Assembly (NCBI GenBank): GCA_043746165.1
Contig: JAYTRM010000223.1
Span: forward strand, 1 to 55,703
DNA: 55,703 bases
Reading direction: 5' to 3'
Source of the DNA: Bdellovibrionales bacterium
GTDB lineage: Bacteria; Bdellovibrionota; Bdellovibrionia; Bdellovibrionales; JAMPXM01
The notes beneath the pieces are model-generated. The model ran no database searches and had not been told where the DNA came from. It saw only the letters and a list, made by a program, of their open reading frames with translations. The position numbers were made by a program, and so were the translations under genes. Each line of letters opens with the position of its first letter. Position 1 is the stretch's first letter. This document shows positions 1 through 13,649 of this stretch, one piece after another.

Positions 1-393
1 GGGCGCGGGCCCGGGCAATCTTGGCCTGAGCTTTGGCGATGTGCTCAGGATCAAGATTTCCCGAAGCAAGGCTTGCTTCTGCATCTTTTTGGGCTTGTGT
101 CACGCGTTCGATTTCAAGTTCGTCCGCGCGCTCTGCTGTTTCGGTTAGAACGTTGACGCCTGCGGGATTAACCTGGCAGTAGCCGTCGCTCACGGCAACA
201 AAGTAAACGGTTGAATCACCCTTCAGGCGATAGCGCAGAACTCCGGCGTCGATCGTAGTCAGGAGCGGAGCGTGGCCCGGCAAAATATTCAGCTCACCAC
301 AGTAGCCCGGAACGAAGACTTCATCAATCTCCTGCCCGGCGAGGACTTTCTTTTCGGGCGTTACTAAAGTGAGCCGAAAACCAAGATCAGACA

Positions 394-394
<1 letters not shown>
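1..394 (-). CDS. atpC: F1 ATP synthase epsilon subunit; the 3' end runs off the left edge of the window
   Basis: My own minus-strand translation from the ATG at 394-392 reads MSDLGFRLTLVTPEKKVLAGQEIDEVFVPGYCGELNILPGHAPLLTTIDAGVLRYRL..., with no in-frame stop down to position 2. The ATG overlaps the atpD stop (TAATG). It is the last gene in the canonical atp order. Confidence 0.85.
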
Positions 395-2684
<2,290 letters not shown>

Positions 2685-2687
2685 ATT

Positions 2688-4211
<1,524 letters not shown>

Positions 4212-4213
4212 TT

Positions 4214-4774
4214 TTAAACCGTTCTCCTCTTCAGTTCTTCGTTCATACGACGCAAGTGAAATGCGATGCTGTCGTCAAATGTGTAACTCCCCACTTGAGC
4301 GACAAGGCCGCCGATCACCGTCGGATCAACTCCATAGGTCATGATGACTTTTTTCTTCAAAACTTTTTCAACGGTAGACTCGATCCGCTGGCGTTCGCTG
4401 GGATCAAGAACTGTGGCTGAACGAACAGTGCCGCGGCAAACGCCGTTAGCTGCATCCGCCTGTGCTTCGTACCCAGCAACGATTTCTTTAAAGAGGCCGA
4501 AGCGGTCTTTACGGGCAAGTAACAAAATCAGGTCGCGAGCTTCTTTGGTGAGCGGCTTGCCATCAAATGCTTTTTCGAGGGCGGCAACGCGAGCCGAGGG
4601 TTCTATCACTGGGTTCGTCAAAAATTCACGGATTTCCGGGTCTTTGTCGAAAGCTTGTTCGAGGTCGCGCAGATTTGCAAAAACTTGGTCGTGAGCTCTA
4701 TCGAGAGTCGGACTTTGCTCGGCGAGGTCATAAACAGCTTTGGCGTAGCGGCGGGCGAGTTCAGAAACTTTCAT
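4214..4774 (-). CDS. atpH: F1 ATP synthase delta (OSCP) subunit
   Basis: 186-aa ORF between the b and alpha genes, with typical OSCP length and helical N-terminal domain. It overlaps atpF by 4 nt. Confidence 0.88.
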   Translation of the reverse strand: MKVSELARRYAKAVYDLAEQSPTLDRAHDQVFANLRDLEQAFDKDPEIREFLTNPVIEPSARVAALEKAFDGKPLTKEARDLILLLARKDRFGLFKEIVAGYEAQADAANGVCRGTVRSATVLDPSERQRIESTVEKVLKKKVIMTYGVDPTVIGGLVAQVGSYTFDDSIAFHLRRMNEELKRRTV

Positions 4775-5418
4775 CCGCGTACCTCTTGAATTTTTGTGAC
4801 GAATTCTGTCTGCAGTCGCTTTTGATCCGTCTCTTTCATTTGGTCTTTATCTTCAAGAATCTTGCGCGAAAGTTCGACGGCCTGATTGAGAAGCTCAGTC
4901 CGTAGCTCTAGCTGAGCACGTTCGATTTCCATAGTTGCCGCACGTGACGCGTCGTCGCGAAGGCGCTTGGAGAGCTCTTCACCCTGTTGATGAATCTGCT
5001 GAACAAGTTGCGCGGCTTCTGCTTTTGCGTTGTTCACGGATTCGCTCGTCGACTTTTCGAGTCTATTAAGTCGATCTTGAATTTCGCGCTTTTTTGTCTC
5101 GGCATCGCGGCGAGCTTGTTCGCCTCGCACGAGAGCCGCCTTGTAGGCTTCGTGCCGGGCCGTGAAAAAATTCTTTATCGGATGACGAGTATAATAGACG
5201 AGGACTCCTGCGTAGAGCGCAAAGTTGATTGCTTGCCAAACGACAGACATCGGAATTCCACCCTCATGGGCTTCATGAGACCCATGGACCTCTTGGGTCG
5301 CGGCCGCAGGCTCGGCGCCTTCGCCTTCTGCGAATGCCAGCGTCGGCAGAGCCAACAAGAATGCGACGATGAGGAGGCATCCCACTTTAGACAGGGCTGC
5401 GATTAAATTTTGAATCAT
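4771..5418 (-). CDS. atpF: Fo ATP synthase subunit b, with an extra N-terminal signal-peptide-like segment
   Basis: 215-aa ORF. A hydrophobic segment (VVWQAINFALYAGVLVYY) is followed by a long charged coiled-coil typical of b. It overlaps the neighbouring genes by 4 nt on each side. Confidence 0.85.
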   Translation of the reverse strand: MIQNLIAALSKVGCLLIVAFLLALPTLAFAEGEGAEPAAATQEVHGSHEAHEGGIPMSVVWQAINFALYAGVLVYYTRHPIKNFFTARHEAYKAALVRGEQARRDAETKKREIQDRLNRLEKSTSESVNNAKAEAAQLVQQIHQQGEELSKRLRDDASRAATMEIERAQLELRTELLNQAVELSRKILEDKDQMKETDQKRLQTEFVTKIQEVRG

Positions 5419-5861
5419 GCGTTGAAATCCTTGCCGGCAAGTTTCGAAGCAATCGCCGCGCTGACTCCAGGAATTTCTTCGCTGAGTGTTTTGCGGGCCT
5501 GCTGGACTTCTCGCTCAATTCCGACTTGAGCTGCTTTTAAAACAGTGGCCGCCTCAGTCCGAGCGTCGCTGACCAATTTATCGTATTTTTCCATGGCGTG
5601 AGTGCGGGATTGATCAAAAAAGCCTTTAATCTCTGAGCTCAAAGCACGGGCTTTTTTTTCGTAAACCAACTCGAGTTCGTTGGCTTCGTCGATAAGGCGA
5701 AGGGCCATTTCCTCAGAGCCCGTCGTTCTTTTTTCCCGCTCATGGTGAGCTGCCATATAGGGCTTAAGGATAAACGTGGTCAAAAAGAAGTACGCAATAA
5801 GAAAACAGGCGAGGTGTATGAAGAGCGTCCAGTCGACCCCGAGAGAGTGAAGTATATCCAT
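5415..5861 (-). CDS. atpF2: Fo ATP synthase subunit b' (second stalk paralog)
   Basis: 148-aa ORF with one N-terminal TM segment (LFIHLACFLIAYFFLTTFIL) and then a charged helix. It sits immediately upstream of atpF. Confidence 0.8.
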   Translation of the reverse strand: MDILHSLGVDWTLFIHLACFLIAYFFLTTFILKPYMAAHHEREKRTTGSEEMALRLIDEANELELVYEKKARALSSEIKGFFDQSRTHAMEKYDKLVSDARTEAATVLKAAQVGIEREVQQARKTLSEEIPGVSAAIASKLAGKDFNA

Positions 5862-6004
5862 TTATGTAAAATCCGTAGGTTTTTGCGGTTTTGAATAGCA
5901 TCGCAGCAAAACCATGGTCAAGGGTATTGTTGGTTTTGCCGCACCCCTTGGCCCGGTCTGCTGCCTTTGGCTCACTCCATGGTTCTGGCCGTGACGTCGT
6001 ATCG

Positions 6005-6412
6005 TTATGTACTGGCCTTCGGCATATATGACGCACCCTCAAACATAACACCCTCATCAATTCTGAGACTCGGTGACGTGACGGTTCCGCGAAATATCGC
6101 AGGCGGATGCATCACAACCCGGCGCTTGGCATAAACATTACCGGTGACTTGTCCGCTGATGACGACAATGTCAGCTTCGATTTGTGCCTCGACTTTTCCA
6201 CCTGGATTGATGACGAGAGTATCGTTGGTGAAAATCTCACCTTTAAAATGACCGCCGATCCGCACCGTGCCTTCGAAGGTTAGCTTGCCTTCAAAAGTGG
6301 CGCCCTGGTCGAGGAGGGCCGTCAGTTGGCCCGGTGCCACCTCGTATGCGTCTTCGCTGGGATCCAGGTCTGAATCGTGGATTGGTTTTTTGAGTGATTC
6401 TAATTCTGCCAT
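6005..6412 (-). CDS. Bactofilin (DUF583 polymer-forming cytoskeletal protein)
   Basis: 135-aa ORF with a beta-helical repeat pattern: FEGKLTFEGTVRIGGHFKGEIFTNDTLVINPGGKVEAQIEADIVVISGQVTGNVYAKRRVVMHPPAIFRGTVTSPSLRIDEGVMFEG. Its ATG lies 13 nt inside the 3' end of parB. Confidence 0.85.
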   Translation of the reverse strand: MAELESLKKPIHDSDLDPSEDAYEVAPGQLTALLDQGATFEGKLTFEGTVRIGGHFKGEIFTNDTLVINPGGKVEAQIEADIVVISGQVTGNVYAKRRVVMHPPAIFRGTVTSPSLRIDEGVMFEGASYMPKAST

Positions 6413-7410
6413 GATTTGCGAATTTTCTCGACGATGTCGGTGAGTTGGTCGTCTGAATAAAATTGAATTTGGACTCGGCCCTTGTGATCAGCGTATTCGA
6501 TAGAAACTTTGGTTCCGATTAGTTTTTGTAATTCCGCTGCGAGGCCTTGGGCGAGGCGCTGTGAAACATTTAGGTCGAGGGTGCTGCCCGGTTGATTGTC
6601 GCCGGTGCCGTTTTTTCTGGTCTGCTCATTTTTAAGTTTCTCGGCGGCGCGTTCAGTCGCTCGAACGGACAGCTTTTCTTTAAGAATTTGTTGGGCGAGC
6701 AAAATCTGCTTGTCGGGTGCTTCTAAACTTAAAAGAACCTTAGCGTGGCCCGCGCTTAACTGGTTTTTTCGGACGAGAGTTTTAACTTCGGCAGGAAGGG
6801 CCAGGAGGCGGAGGCTGTTGGCAACCGATGATCTTTCTTTGCCCAGTTTGTCCGCGACCTGCTGCTGAGTTAGATCGTAGTCGATGCTGAGAAGTTGGTA
6901 GGCCTCAGCCTCTTCCATCGGGTTAAGGTCTTCGCGCTGAATGTTTTCAATAATGGCGTATTCAAGTGAATCTTGTTGTGAGACTTTTTTGAGTATCACT
7001 GGAACCTCATGAAGTCCGGCCAGTTGGGCCGCACGCCATCTTCGCTCGCCAGCAATGATTTCAAATTGTCTCTCGCCTATTCTTCGGGCCGTAATTGGCT
7101 GAAGAATACCCTTCTCTTTAATAGAGGCCGCGAGGTCGCGAAGGGGCTCGGGAGCAAACGTTTGGCGAGGTTGCTGAGTGTTCGCGACCAATCGGTCAAT
7201 CGGTAGTATCCAAATCTTGGCCTCATCAGCGATTTTTGGCTCGGCCTGAGTAGTCTGGATACTCACGGGCACCGGTGCAGGGAGTGCTTCGGGTGCAGGA
7301 GCAGCCATAGATCCACTGAGTAGACTACCCAAACCACGCCCGAGAGAGGCCTTCTTTTTTGCACCTGCCGGGGTCGTCATGTTTGGTAAATCTTTATTTA
7401 TTTCAGGCAT
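6400..7410 (-). CDS. parB: Chromosome partitioning protein ParB (Spo0J)
   Basis: 336-aa ORF with the N-terminal GRGLGSLL motif, the ParB box GERRWRAA and an HTH region. It overlaps parA by 8 nt. Confidence 0.95.
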   Translation of the reverse strand: MPEINKDLPNMTTPAGAKKKASLGRGLGSLLSGSMAAPAPEALPAPVPVSIQTTQAEPKIADEAKIWILPIDRLVANTQQPRQTFAPEPLRDLAASIKEKGILQPITARRIGERQFEIIAGERRWRAAQLAGLHEVPVILKKVSQQDSLEYAIIENIQREDLNPMEEAEAYQLLSIDYDLTQQQVADKLGKERSSVANSLRLLALPAEVKTLVRKNQLSAGHAKVLLSLEAPDKQILLAQQILKEKLSVRATERAAEKLKNEQTRKNGTGDNQPGSTLDLNVSQRLAQGLAAELQKLIGTKVSIEYADHKGRVQIQFYSDDQLTDIVEKIRKSWQN

Positions 7411-8230
7411 CTAGCTGACCTCCGGTCGAGTGTTGTTCGGTTCTTGGTGCATCGCGACCGAAGACTTTGGCATCGAGTTCATCTGCGAGTTCAAGGTACT
7501 TGATAGCGCCAATGGAGCGTTGATCATATTCAATAATGGGTTGGCCATGCGAGGGTGCCTCGCTCAGTCGAACGTTCCGCGGAATGACCGCCTTGAACAC
7601 CTTATCACCAAAGTGAGTTTGTATTTCGGAGACCACTTGGTGACTCAGGTTATTCCGAGTATCAAACATGGTCAAAACGATGCCCTCAATACGGAGTTCA
7701 GTGTTGATACTCTTTTTGACTAGCCCGGCGGTGTTCAACAATTGGCTAAGTCCTTCGAGAGCGTAATATTCGCATTGAAGAGGAACGATGAACGTATTGG
7801 CCGCTGACAGAGCATTCAGCGTGAGTAGCCCAAGTGACGGTGGGCAATCAATGAGTACGTAGTCATACTCGTGAGTAACCAGCTTGAGAGTATCCTTGAG
7901 CCGAAATTCTCTTTGCGGAGTATCCACAAGTTCAATTTCTGCTCCAACTAGATCCGGATTGGCGGGTGCAACAAAGAGATTTTTGGTGTTGGTGACTCGG
8001 ATAACGTCACGCATTTCACTTTCGCCGATGAGAACGTGATAGATATTGGCGTCTTGATAATCATGTTTTTTTAAGCCGAGTCCGCTGGAGGCGTTTCCCT
8101 GAGGGTCAAGATCAACGAGAAGTACTTTGCGGCCCTTGAGTGCGAGCGCTGCAGAGAGATTGACGGACGTAGTGGTTTTCCCGACTCCGCCTTTTTGATT
8201 GGCTATGCAAATGATTCTCGCCATATTCAC
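7403..8230 (-). CDS. parA: Chromosome partitioning ATPase ParA (Soj)
   Basis: 275-aa ORF with the deviant Walker A KGGVGKTTT. It is immediately upstream of parB. Confidence 0.95.
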   Translation of the reverse strand: MNMARIICIANQKGGVGKTTTSVNLSAALALKGRKVLLVDLDPQGNASSGLGLKKHDYQDANIYHVLIGESEMRDVIRVTNTKNLFVAPANPDLVGAEIELVDTPQREFRLKDTLKLVTHEYDYVLIDCPPSLGLLTLNALSAANTFIVPLQCEYYALEGLSQLLNTAGLVKKSINTELRIEGIVLTMFDTRNNLSHQVVSEIQTHFGDKVFKAVIPRNVRLSEAPSHGQPIIEYDQRSIGAIKYLELADELDAKVFGRDAPRTEQHSTGGQLDA

Positions 8231-8323
8231 TCCAAGATGTTTAAAACCTAATTGATGTCTGTGAACGCTTGATACAAAAAGTTAGACTCCCGCGGGGTTT
8301 ATTTTTCAAGTTAATTTGCCGAT

Positions 8324-8339
8324 TGTTCCACGTGGAACA
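8324..8339. promoter_or_regulatory. parS: parS centromere site (perfect 16-bp palindrome TGTTCCACGTGGAACA)
   Basis: Read directly from the sequence. It differs at one position from the canonical TGTTNCACGTGAAACA, and the change makes it fully self-complementary. It lies 94 nt from the parA start. Confidence 0.85.
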
Positions 8340-8349
8340 TCGTTTTCGA

Positions 8350-8880
8350 TTGAAATTCTTGATTTTGCTTACTTTGGCTATCCAAAGTCTGACTACTCTC
8401 GTGTCATGCCGTGATCCTAACCCCAATCCCGAGCAATTAGACCCGATATTTATCGACCTGGGTAACCAGCTTAAAACGGCGAACTCCGATATTAAGGATC
8501 AAGACGATGCAATTGTTGATCTCAAAAACAAACTTGCAGCCCTCGAAGCTTTGGATCCCGTGCGAGGGCAGATGAGACGCGAACTCGCAAAACGAGAGGC
8601 TTTTCTCGTACAGCTGAAACAAAGAGCCCTGTATCTCGAAATCAGGCAAGGTCAACGTAAGGATTTTGATCAGGTCGATTACAAAAAGGCATTCGACGCC
8701 GACCAGGCTTGGCCCAACCCAGCCGAAATCGCTGAGTATAAAAAACGGCAAGCTCTTCGTAATGCATCCCCGAATTGGAACGATCGAGTACCGAAAGACA
8801 CTCGTTACTCCAAAAATCCGTCCGCCCAGGTACCCGCAAAGCCCACGGCTGAAAAGCCGGCACATGGCGAGCATGAATAG
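8350..8880 (+). CDS. Hypothetical lipoprotein with a charged helical (coiled-coil-like) body
   Basis: The ORF track gives 8269..8880. I prefer the in-frame TTG at 8350 because it yields a clean lipoprotein signal (M)KFLILLTLAIQSLTTLVS-C and leaves parS-1 outside the CDS. The start is uncertain. I recognise no family. Confidence 0.5.
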   Translation: MKFLILLTLAIQSLTTLVSCRDPNPNPEQLDPIFIDLGNQLKTANSDIKDQDDAIVDLKNKLAALEALDPVRGQMRRELAKREAFLVQLKQRALYLEIRQGQRKDFDQVDYKKAFDADQAWPNPAEIAEYKKRQALRNASPNWNDRVPKDTRYSKNPSAQVPAKPTAEKPAHGEHE

Positions 8881-8907
8881 CTTTTAAAACGCCCCTTGAT
8901 GAAAACT

Positions 8908-8923
8908 TGTTCCACGTGGAACA
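8908..8923. promoter_or_regulatory. parS: Second parS site, identical to the first (TGTTCCACGTGGAACA)
   Basis: Exact second copy, read directly from the sequence. It abuts the rsmG stop codon (8924-8926). Confidence 0.85.
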
Positions 8924-9622
8924 TTATTTTTCTGATGTGAGTTTTTCAGTCATCACGATCGCAAGGTCAGCGTTTGATTCTGGAATTCGATATTTACCAA
9001 TAAGACTCGGTGACCAGTGGGTAAAAACCTGACTCGGCATCTGTGCCATTTCATTGGCCCATCCGTCTGTCTTCAAATGAAGAAAGCGACCGCCTTTTAC
9101 AAACTGCTTACGACACATAATGAGAGCCTTGGTGAAGGGAGCAAAACCTCGGGCAATTCCGTTATGAACCGAGTTATCTGTGATTTCTTCAACATCCAAA
9201 GGGTCGCAAGTTACATTTTTCAAGTTCATTGCAGACACAACGTGCTTGCAAAACTCCATCTTGCGTTTATCCCGATCAACCAAAATAACGCTCCGCTCCG
9301 GATACAGGGCTGCCAAAATAATTCCGGGACATCCATTTCCTGACCCAAAATCATAAATCGGCTTTCCAGGAACGAGCGAGCCTACAAGAATTTGCGACGC
9401 CATCACCGCATCGGCAACGTGGACAGCCTCTGCGTTTTTTATCGTATTGGCGGAAATCAGATTCACCGCCTTCGTGAACTTCAGCAAATTTTCGTGATAG
9501 ATGGTCAGTCGGCCCAAGATCTCTGGTGCGAGGTCAGGAAACCATCCAGACAGACGTTTCGCCACGAGCTCACTCGATGGTGCTTCGCCAACCACTTCTG
9601 CTTTAGCAATTACTTTCTTCAA
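8924..9622 (-). CDS. rsmG: 16S rRNA (guanine527-N7)-methyltransferase RsmG (GidB)
   Basis: 232-aa ORF with the SAM motif [11 protein letters not shown]. The TTG start at 9622 is preceded by GGGAGA 7 nt upstream and lies 20 nt inside the mnmG 3' end. It follows the classic mnmG-rsmG order. Confidence 0.88.
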   Translation of the reverse strand: MKKVIAKAEVVGEAPSSELVAKRLSGWFPDLAPEILGRLTIYHENLLKFTKAVNLISANTIKNAEAVHVADAVMASQILVGSLVPGKPIYDFGSGNGCPGIILAALYPERSVILVDRDKRKMEFCKHVVSAMNLKNVTCDPLDVEEITDNSVHNGIARGFAPFTKALIMCRKQFVKGGRFLHLKTDGWANEMAQMPSQVFTHWSPSLIGKYRIPESNADLAIVMTEKLTSEK

Positions 9623-11510
9623 CGATCATCTCCCGAAACTTCCGACGTCCTTTTATATGGACCAAGATCGCCTGAATTGCCGAGGGATTAACCCCGCTAA
9701 TTCGCTGCGCTTGACCCAGTGAAATCGGCCTAACACGAGACAACTTCTCGATTTCTTCGGCTGATAACCCCTTGACCTCGGCGTAGAACATATCGGAAGG
9801 CAAGGCTAACTTCTCAAGGCGCTTTGCTTGCGCGATCACCTCAGTTTGTCGCAAAATATATCCCTGATATTTCACATCGATCTCAACGGCTTCTGTAACA
9901 AGTGGATCCAAATCCAAATCGATTCCTAAACTCGCTACTGCTCCCACGTCCATCTCGGTACGACGCAAAAGCTCTTCGGCCGTCGTCGGTTTCAGCAGCG
10001 GTGCAGTTCCCAAAAGCTTAAGAGAGTTCTGGGTCATCTCATTAGGAACAAAAACCACCTCTTTGAGATGTCTTCGAAGTGCGTCACGCCGCAATCTGAG
10101 ATCTTCGGCCCTTGCAAGCTCACTTGGACCCAGCAAACCTACCAACTTTGCAACGTCACCTAACCTATCGAGAGTATTGTCTTCTCTTAAAACAAGACGA
10201 TATTCGGCGCGTGATGTGAACATTCGATACGGCTCACGGGTACCCTTTGTTACTAGGTCGTCGATGAGAACACCGATGTAGGCCTCACTTCGACTCAAAA
10301 TCAAACTTTCTCGCTGCAGGATCTTAAGGGCGGCGTTGACTCCCGCCATGAAACCCTGTGCGGCGGCCTCCTCATAGCCACTTGTACCGTTAATTTGGCC
10401 CGCTAAATAGAGCCCTGAAATCGCACGCGTTTCTAACGTATGCTGAATCTGGGTTGGCTCAATGAAGTCATATTCCACCGCGTAACCCGGTTTCAAGACC
10501 TTCACATTCTCGAGACCGGCGATCGTCTGCAAAAACTCAAGCTGAATTTGGGCAGGCAAACTGGTTGATATTCCTTGCAAATAGATAGACTCAGTCGACA
10601 AACCCTCGGGTTCAAGAAAAGTCTGATGTGAAATCTTCTCAGCAAATCGAGTCACCTTGTCTTCGATACTCGGACAATACCGCGGACCTCGACCCTCGAT
10701 ATGACCGCAATACATCGGCGACTGGTGAAGGTTACGGCGGATAATCTCATGCGTTTTTTCATTGGTATAACTCAGGAAACATGAGACCTGGTCGAGCGCC
10801 AACTCCGGTGGGCTTCGCAGGCTAAACGGAAAGAACTTCTCGTCACCTTTTTGTTCTGCTGTTTTCGACCAGTCGATGCTGTCGCGGTGAAGTCGAGGCG
10901 GCGTACCTGTTTTGAGTCTTCGTACCTCAAAACCTAAAGCCGCGAGTTGATCTGAAATCCCCACCGTCGCCTGATCGCCAACTCGACCGCCAGCTTCTTG
11001 GTGTAGACCAATATGCATAACCCCACGCATGAAGGTTCCGGTTGTGATCACCACCGCCGAACTTCGAATATGACTCTGATCTTTGAGTATGACCCCGAGA
11101 CAGCGGCTCTCTTTGAGCAAGACCTCGCTAACTTCTCCGGCTTTTACAGTTATATTGACGTGACCTAGTAGGGATTTCTGCATGTAGGCGCTATAGAGAT
11201 CTTTGTCACATTGGGCACGAGAGCCGCGGACGGCGGGGCCCTTCTTCGAATTCAGTCTTTTGAACTGGATGCAAGTCGCGTCTGCAGCGCGGCCCATCTC
11301 TCCGCCCATGATGTCGATTTCGCGGACCATGTGACCTTTTGCCAAGCCGCCGATGGATGGATTGCAGCTCATGTAACCAATTCGGCTCACATCCGTCGTT
11401 ACGACGAGAGTGCGCAAGCCCATGTTGGCTGAAGCCAGAGCCGCCTCAATTCCAGCATGGCCAGCCCCCACGACGATAATGTCAAAGTCCAAACGATCTG
11501 CCGGAGTCAC
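9603..11510 (-). CDS. mnmG: tRNA uridine 5-carboxymethylaminomethyl modification enzyme MnmG (GidA)
   Basis: 635-aa ORF with the FAD motif [12 protein letters not shown] and GidA character along its full length. Confidence 0.96.
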   Translation of the reverse strand: MTPADRLDFDIIVVGAGHAGIEAALASANMGLRTLVVTTDVSRIGYMSCNPSIGGLAKGHMVREIDIMGGEMGRAADATCIQFKRLNSKKGPAVRGSRAQCDKDLYSAYMQKSLLGHVNITVKAGEVSEVLLKESRCLGVILKDQSHIRSSAVVITTGTFMRGVMHIGLHQEAGGRVGDQATVGISDQLAALGFEVRRLKTGTPPRLHRDSIDWSKTAEQKGDEKFFPFSLRSPPELALDQVSCFLSYTNEKTHEIIRRNLHQSPMYCGHIEGRGPRYCPSIEDKVTRFAEKISHQTFLEPEGLSTESIYLQGISTSLPAQIQLEFLQTIAGLENVKVLKPGYAVEYDFIEPTQIQHTLETRAISGLYLAGQINGTSGYEEAAAQGFMAGVNAALKILQRESLILSRSEAYIGVLIDDLVTKGTREPYRMFTSRAEYRLVLREDNTLDRLGDVAKLVGLLGPSELARAEDLRLRRDALRRHLKEVVFVPNEMTQNSLKLLGTAPLLKPTTAEELLRRTEMDVGAVASLGIDLDLDPLVTEAVEIDVKYQGYILRQTEVIAQAKRLEKLALPSDMFYAEVKGLSAEEIEKLSRVRPISLGQAQRISGVNPSAIQAILVHIKGRRKFREMIVEESNC

Positions 11511-11513
11511 AAG

Positions 11514-12896
11514 TCACTTTCCGAGACAAAACTCTTTGAAAATTCGATCGATGATCTGCTCATCGAACTCTTTGCCCAAAAGGTCGTGGATGCCACGAAC
11601 CGCATCGGCCAGTTCAAAAGCGATAAATTCAGGACTCGAGTTGGATCTGATTAGTCCAATGGCGCGATCTAAACAAGAGTGTATTTTATTTAGCACCTCC
11701 AGGTGCCGCGCCTGAGTAACGACGAGTGAACTGCCCGAATCTAACTTTTCGATTTCACGGGTGAGAAACCCTTCAAGATCCCCCAAGCCACGACGGCTGA
11801 GAGCTGAGACTAGAAAAATACGCTCTCTGGGAAAAATTGAGAGATCTGGGTCACCATTCAGCAGCAGATCGGATTTATTTAATAAGACATGATCGCGACT
11901 GCCGGGCCGTGCAAATATTTCAACTGTCTGCTGTTCCCAATCCGCAGACGTTACGTCCAAGACCTGAAAAGCCAGGTCGGCGCGACTTACCGCCATTCGT
12001 GAGCGCTCGATTCCGATTTTTTCAATTTGGTCCTCGGTTTCTCTGACCCCAGCGGTGTCGACAAACGTGACCGGCACGCCGCCAATTGAAATCCTTCCTT
12101 CGACCGTGTCACGTGTGGTGCCCGCAATAGGCGTCACAATGGCTCGGTCTTCCCTCAGCAGAGCATTGAGTAGACTGGATTTACCGACGTTTGGAGCCCC
12201 TGTGAGTGCCACTTCGAGTCCCTCGCGAAGGAGGCGACCTTTTTGGTAGCTAGAAATGAGCTGTGACACTATATTCATGACCGCCATCGAGCGAGTCACA
12301 AGCTCGGGATTCGAAACAACTTCAATATCTTCGGTGGAAAAATCAATACTCGCTTCGAGATGGGCTAGTATCCAAACTAATGCGTCCTCAATCCTGGCGT
12401 ATTCTTGCGAGAGCTCGCCTTGCAGCTGCCTGAAGGCAACTTGCGTCGCCTGCTTGGATTGACCGTCGATCAACCCAAGGACGGCCTCGGCCTGAACAAG
12501 ATCAATTCGTCCATTCATGAACGCGCGATAAGTGAATTCGCCTCGGTTGGCTAAGCGACAACCTGTCTCGCTGAGTTGCTGGAGGATTCGCCCTGTGATC
12601 ACGAGACCGCCGTGACATGAAATTTCTGTGGTCTCCTCGCCCGTGTATGACTTGCCCTGGGCAAAATACGAGATGACAACCTCATCGATTGTTTCGTGTC
12701 CGTCTGCAGTCTTAAGATAGCCGTGGTAAAGACGATGGCTGGTTGGCTGGGCTGGCAGAAAGCCACACAAGGCGCGGGTGTTTTTATAAGCGTCTTGGCC
12801 GCTCACCCGCAAAACAGCGATGCCTCCAGTTCCCGGAGGCGTCGATAACGCACAGATCGTGTGCTCGTCGCCGGCTTTAAGAAACTCCGTCGTCAT
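11514..12896 (-). CDS. mnmE: tRNA modification GTPase MnmE (TrmE)
   Basis: 460-aa ORF with the G1 motif GAPNVGKSSLLNAL and the C-terminal CLGK tetrapeptide typical of MnmE. Confidence 0.95.
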   Translation of the reverse strand: MTTEFLKAGDEHTICALSTPPGTGGIAVLRVSGQDAYKNTRALCGFLPAQPTSHRLYHGYLKTADGHETIDEVVISYFAQGKSYTGEETTEISCHGGLVITGRILQQLSETGCRLANRGEFTYRAFMNGRIDLVQAEAVLGLIDGQSKQATQVAFRQLQGELSQEYARIEDALVWILAHLEASIDFSTEDIEVVSNPELVTRSMAVMNIVSQLISSYQKGRLLREGLEVALTGAPNVGKSSLLNALLREDRAIVTPIAGTTRDTVEGRISIGGVPVTFVDTAGVRETEDQIEKIGIERSRMAVSRADLAFQVLDVTSADWEQQTVEIFARPGSRDHVLLNKSDLLLNGDPDLSIFPRERIFLVSALSRRGLGDLEGFLTREIEKLDSGSSLVVTQARHLEVLNKIHSCLDRAIGLIRSNSSPEFIAFELADAVRGIHDLLGKEFDEQIIDRIFKEFCLGK

Positions 12897-12935
12897 ATCG
12901 ACCTCGAAAATTGCATCGAGGCCGGCAAGATCGGA

Positions 12936-13640
12936 TCAAAGTTGACCAGCGAAATCAGAACCTCTGTCGCGGCTAGCCTTGTCGATAAAACCTGCGTCGC
13001 CTGAATCATTTCCTTCATTTCCTGCTTCGGCGCCTTCAGGCGCACCATCAGGCGCCCCATCATTCGCAAATTCGCCGCGATCAGAGTCGCGTCCAGCCGC
13101 TTTGATCGGATAAATTTTAATTTTCTTATAGAGGCCATCGCCAACTGAACGGCTGCGAACGCGATCATCACCGGCCAAATACTGGTGAACAATTTTACGA
13201 TCCTTGGGCGGGAGCGCGCGGAGGTAAACCGAGCGGCCTTGCTCGAGTGCCTTTTCTTTGAGCTTCTCAGCTAACTCAACGAGAGCTTTGCTCGATTCTT
13301 CACGGAAATTGCCACAGTCAATGCTGACATTGACCCGAAGGGTGGGCATCTGGTGCTGCAAAACTCGTTTTATAAACAGCTGAAAAGAATCGAGCAGGGC
13401 GCCTTCTTTTTCGGTCACGAGGCGCTCGTCAGCACCTGAAATATCAATTGTGATCTCTTCGATTTCCGAAATCGCATCGCTCTTCACGGCAAATTCGAGA
13501 TCGAGATGCGCTCTTTCGAGAAGACCATGCATAACTTCTTCGACTAACGCCTGTGCTGTCTCGGCCTGGGGCGTAGTGAAGCCACCGGCCGCCTCTTCTT
13601 TTTTCTTCCCGCCGAAGAGCTTACTGAAAAAACCGCTCAT
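12936..13640 (-). CDS. jag: Jag/KhpB-type RNA-binding protein (Jag_N, KH and R3H domains) with an acidic low-complexity tail
   Basis: 234-aa ORF directly downstream of yidC, as in many bacteria. The R3H-like region is LPPKDRKIVHQYL.... Confidence 0.8.
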   Translation of the reverse strand: MSGFFSKLFGGKKKEEAAGGFTTPQAETAQALVEEVMHGLLERAHLDLEFAVKSDAISEIEEITIDISGADERLVTEKEGALLDSFQLFIKRVLQHQMPTLRVNVSIDCGNFREESSKALVELAEKLKEKALEQGRSVYLRALPPKDRKIVHQYLAGDDRVRSRSVGDGLYKKIKIYPIKAAGRDSDRGEFANDGAPDGAPEGAEAGNEGNDSGDAGFIDKASRDRGSDFAGQL

Positions 13641-13649
13641 TCAATCCTC

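Noticed and set aside
5906-5939. 9-bp stem GCAAAACCA...TGGTTTTGC between the bactofilin gene and atpF'.
   Set aside because: It has a 16-nt loop and no U-tract on the transcribed (minus) strand. It could be a weak terminator or processing site, but the evidence is too thin to annotate.
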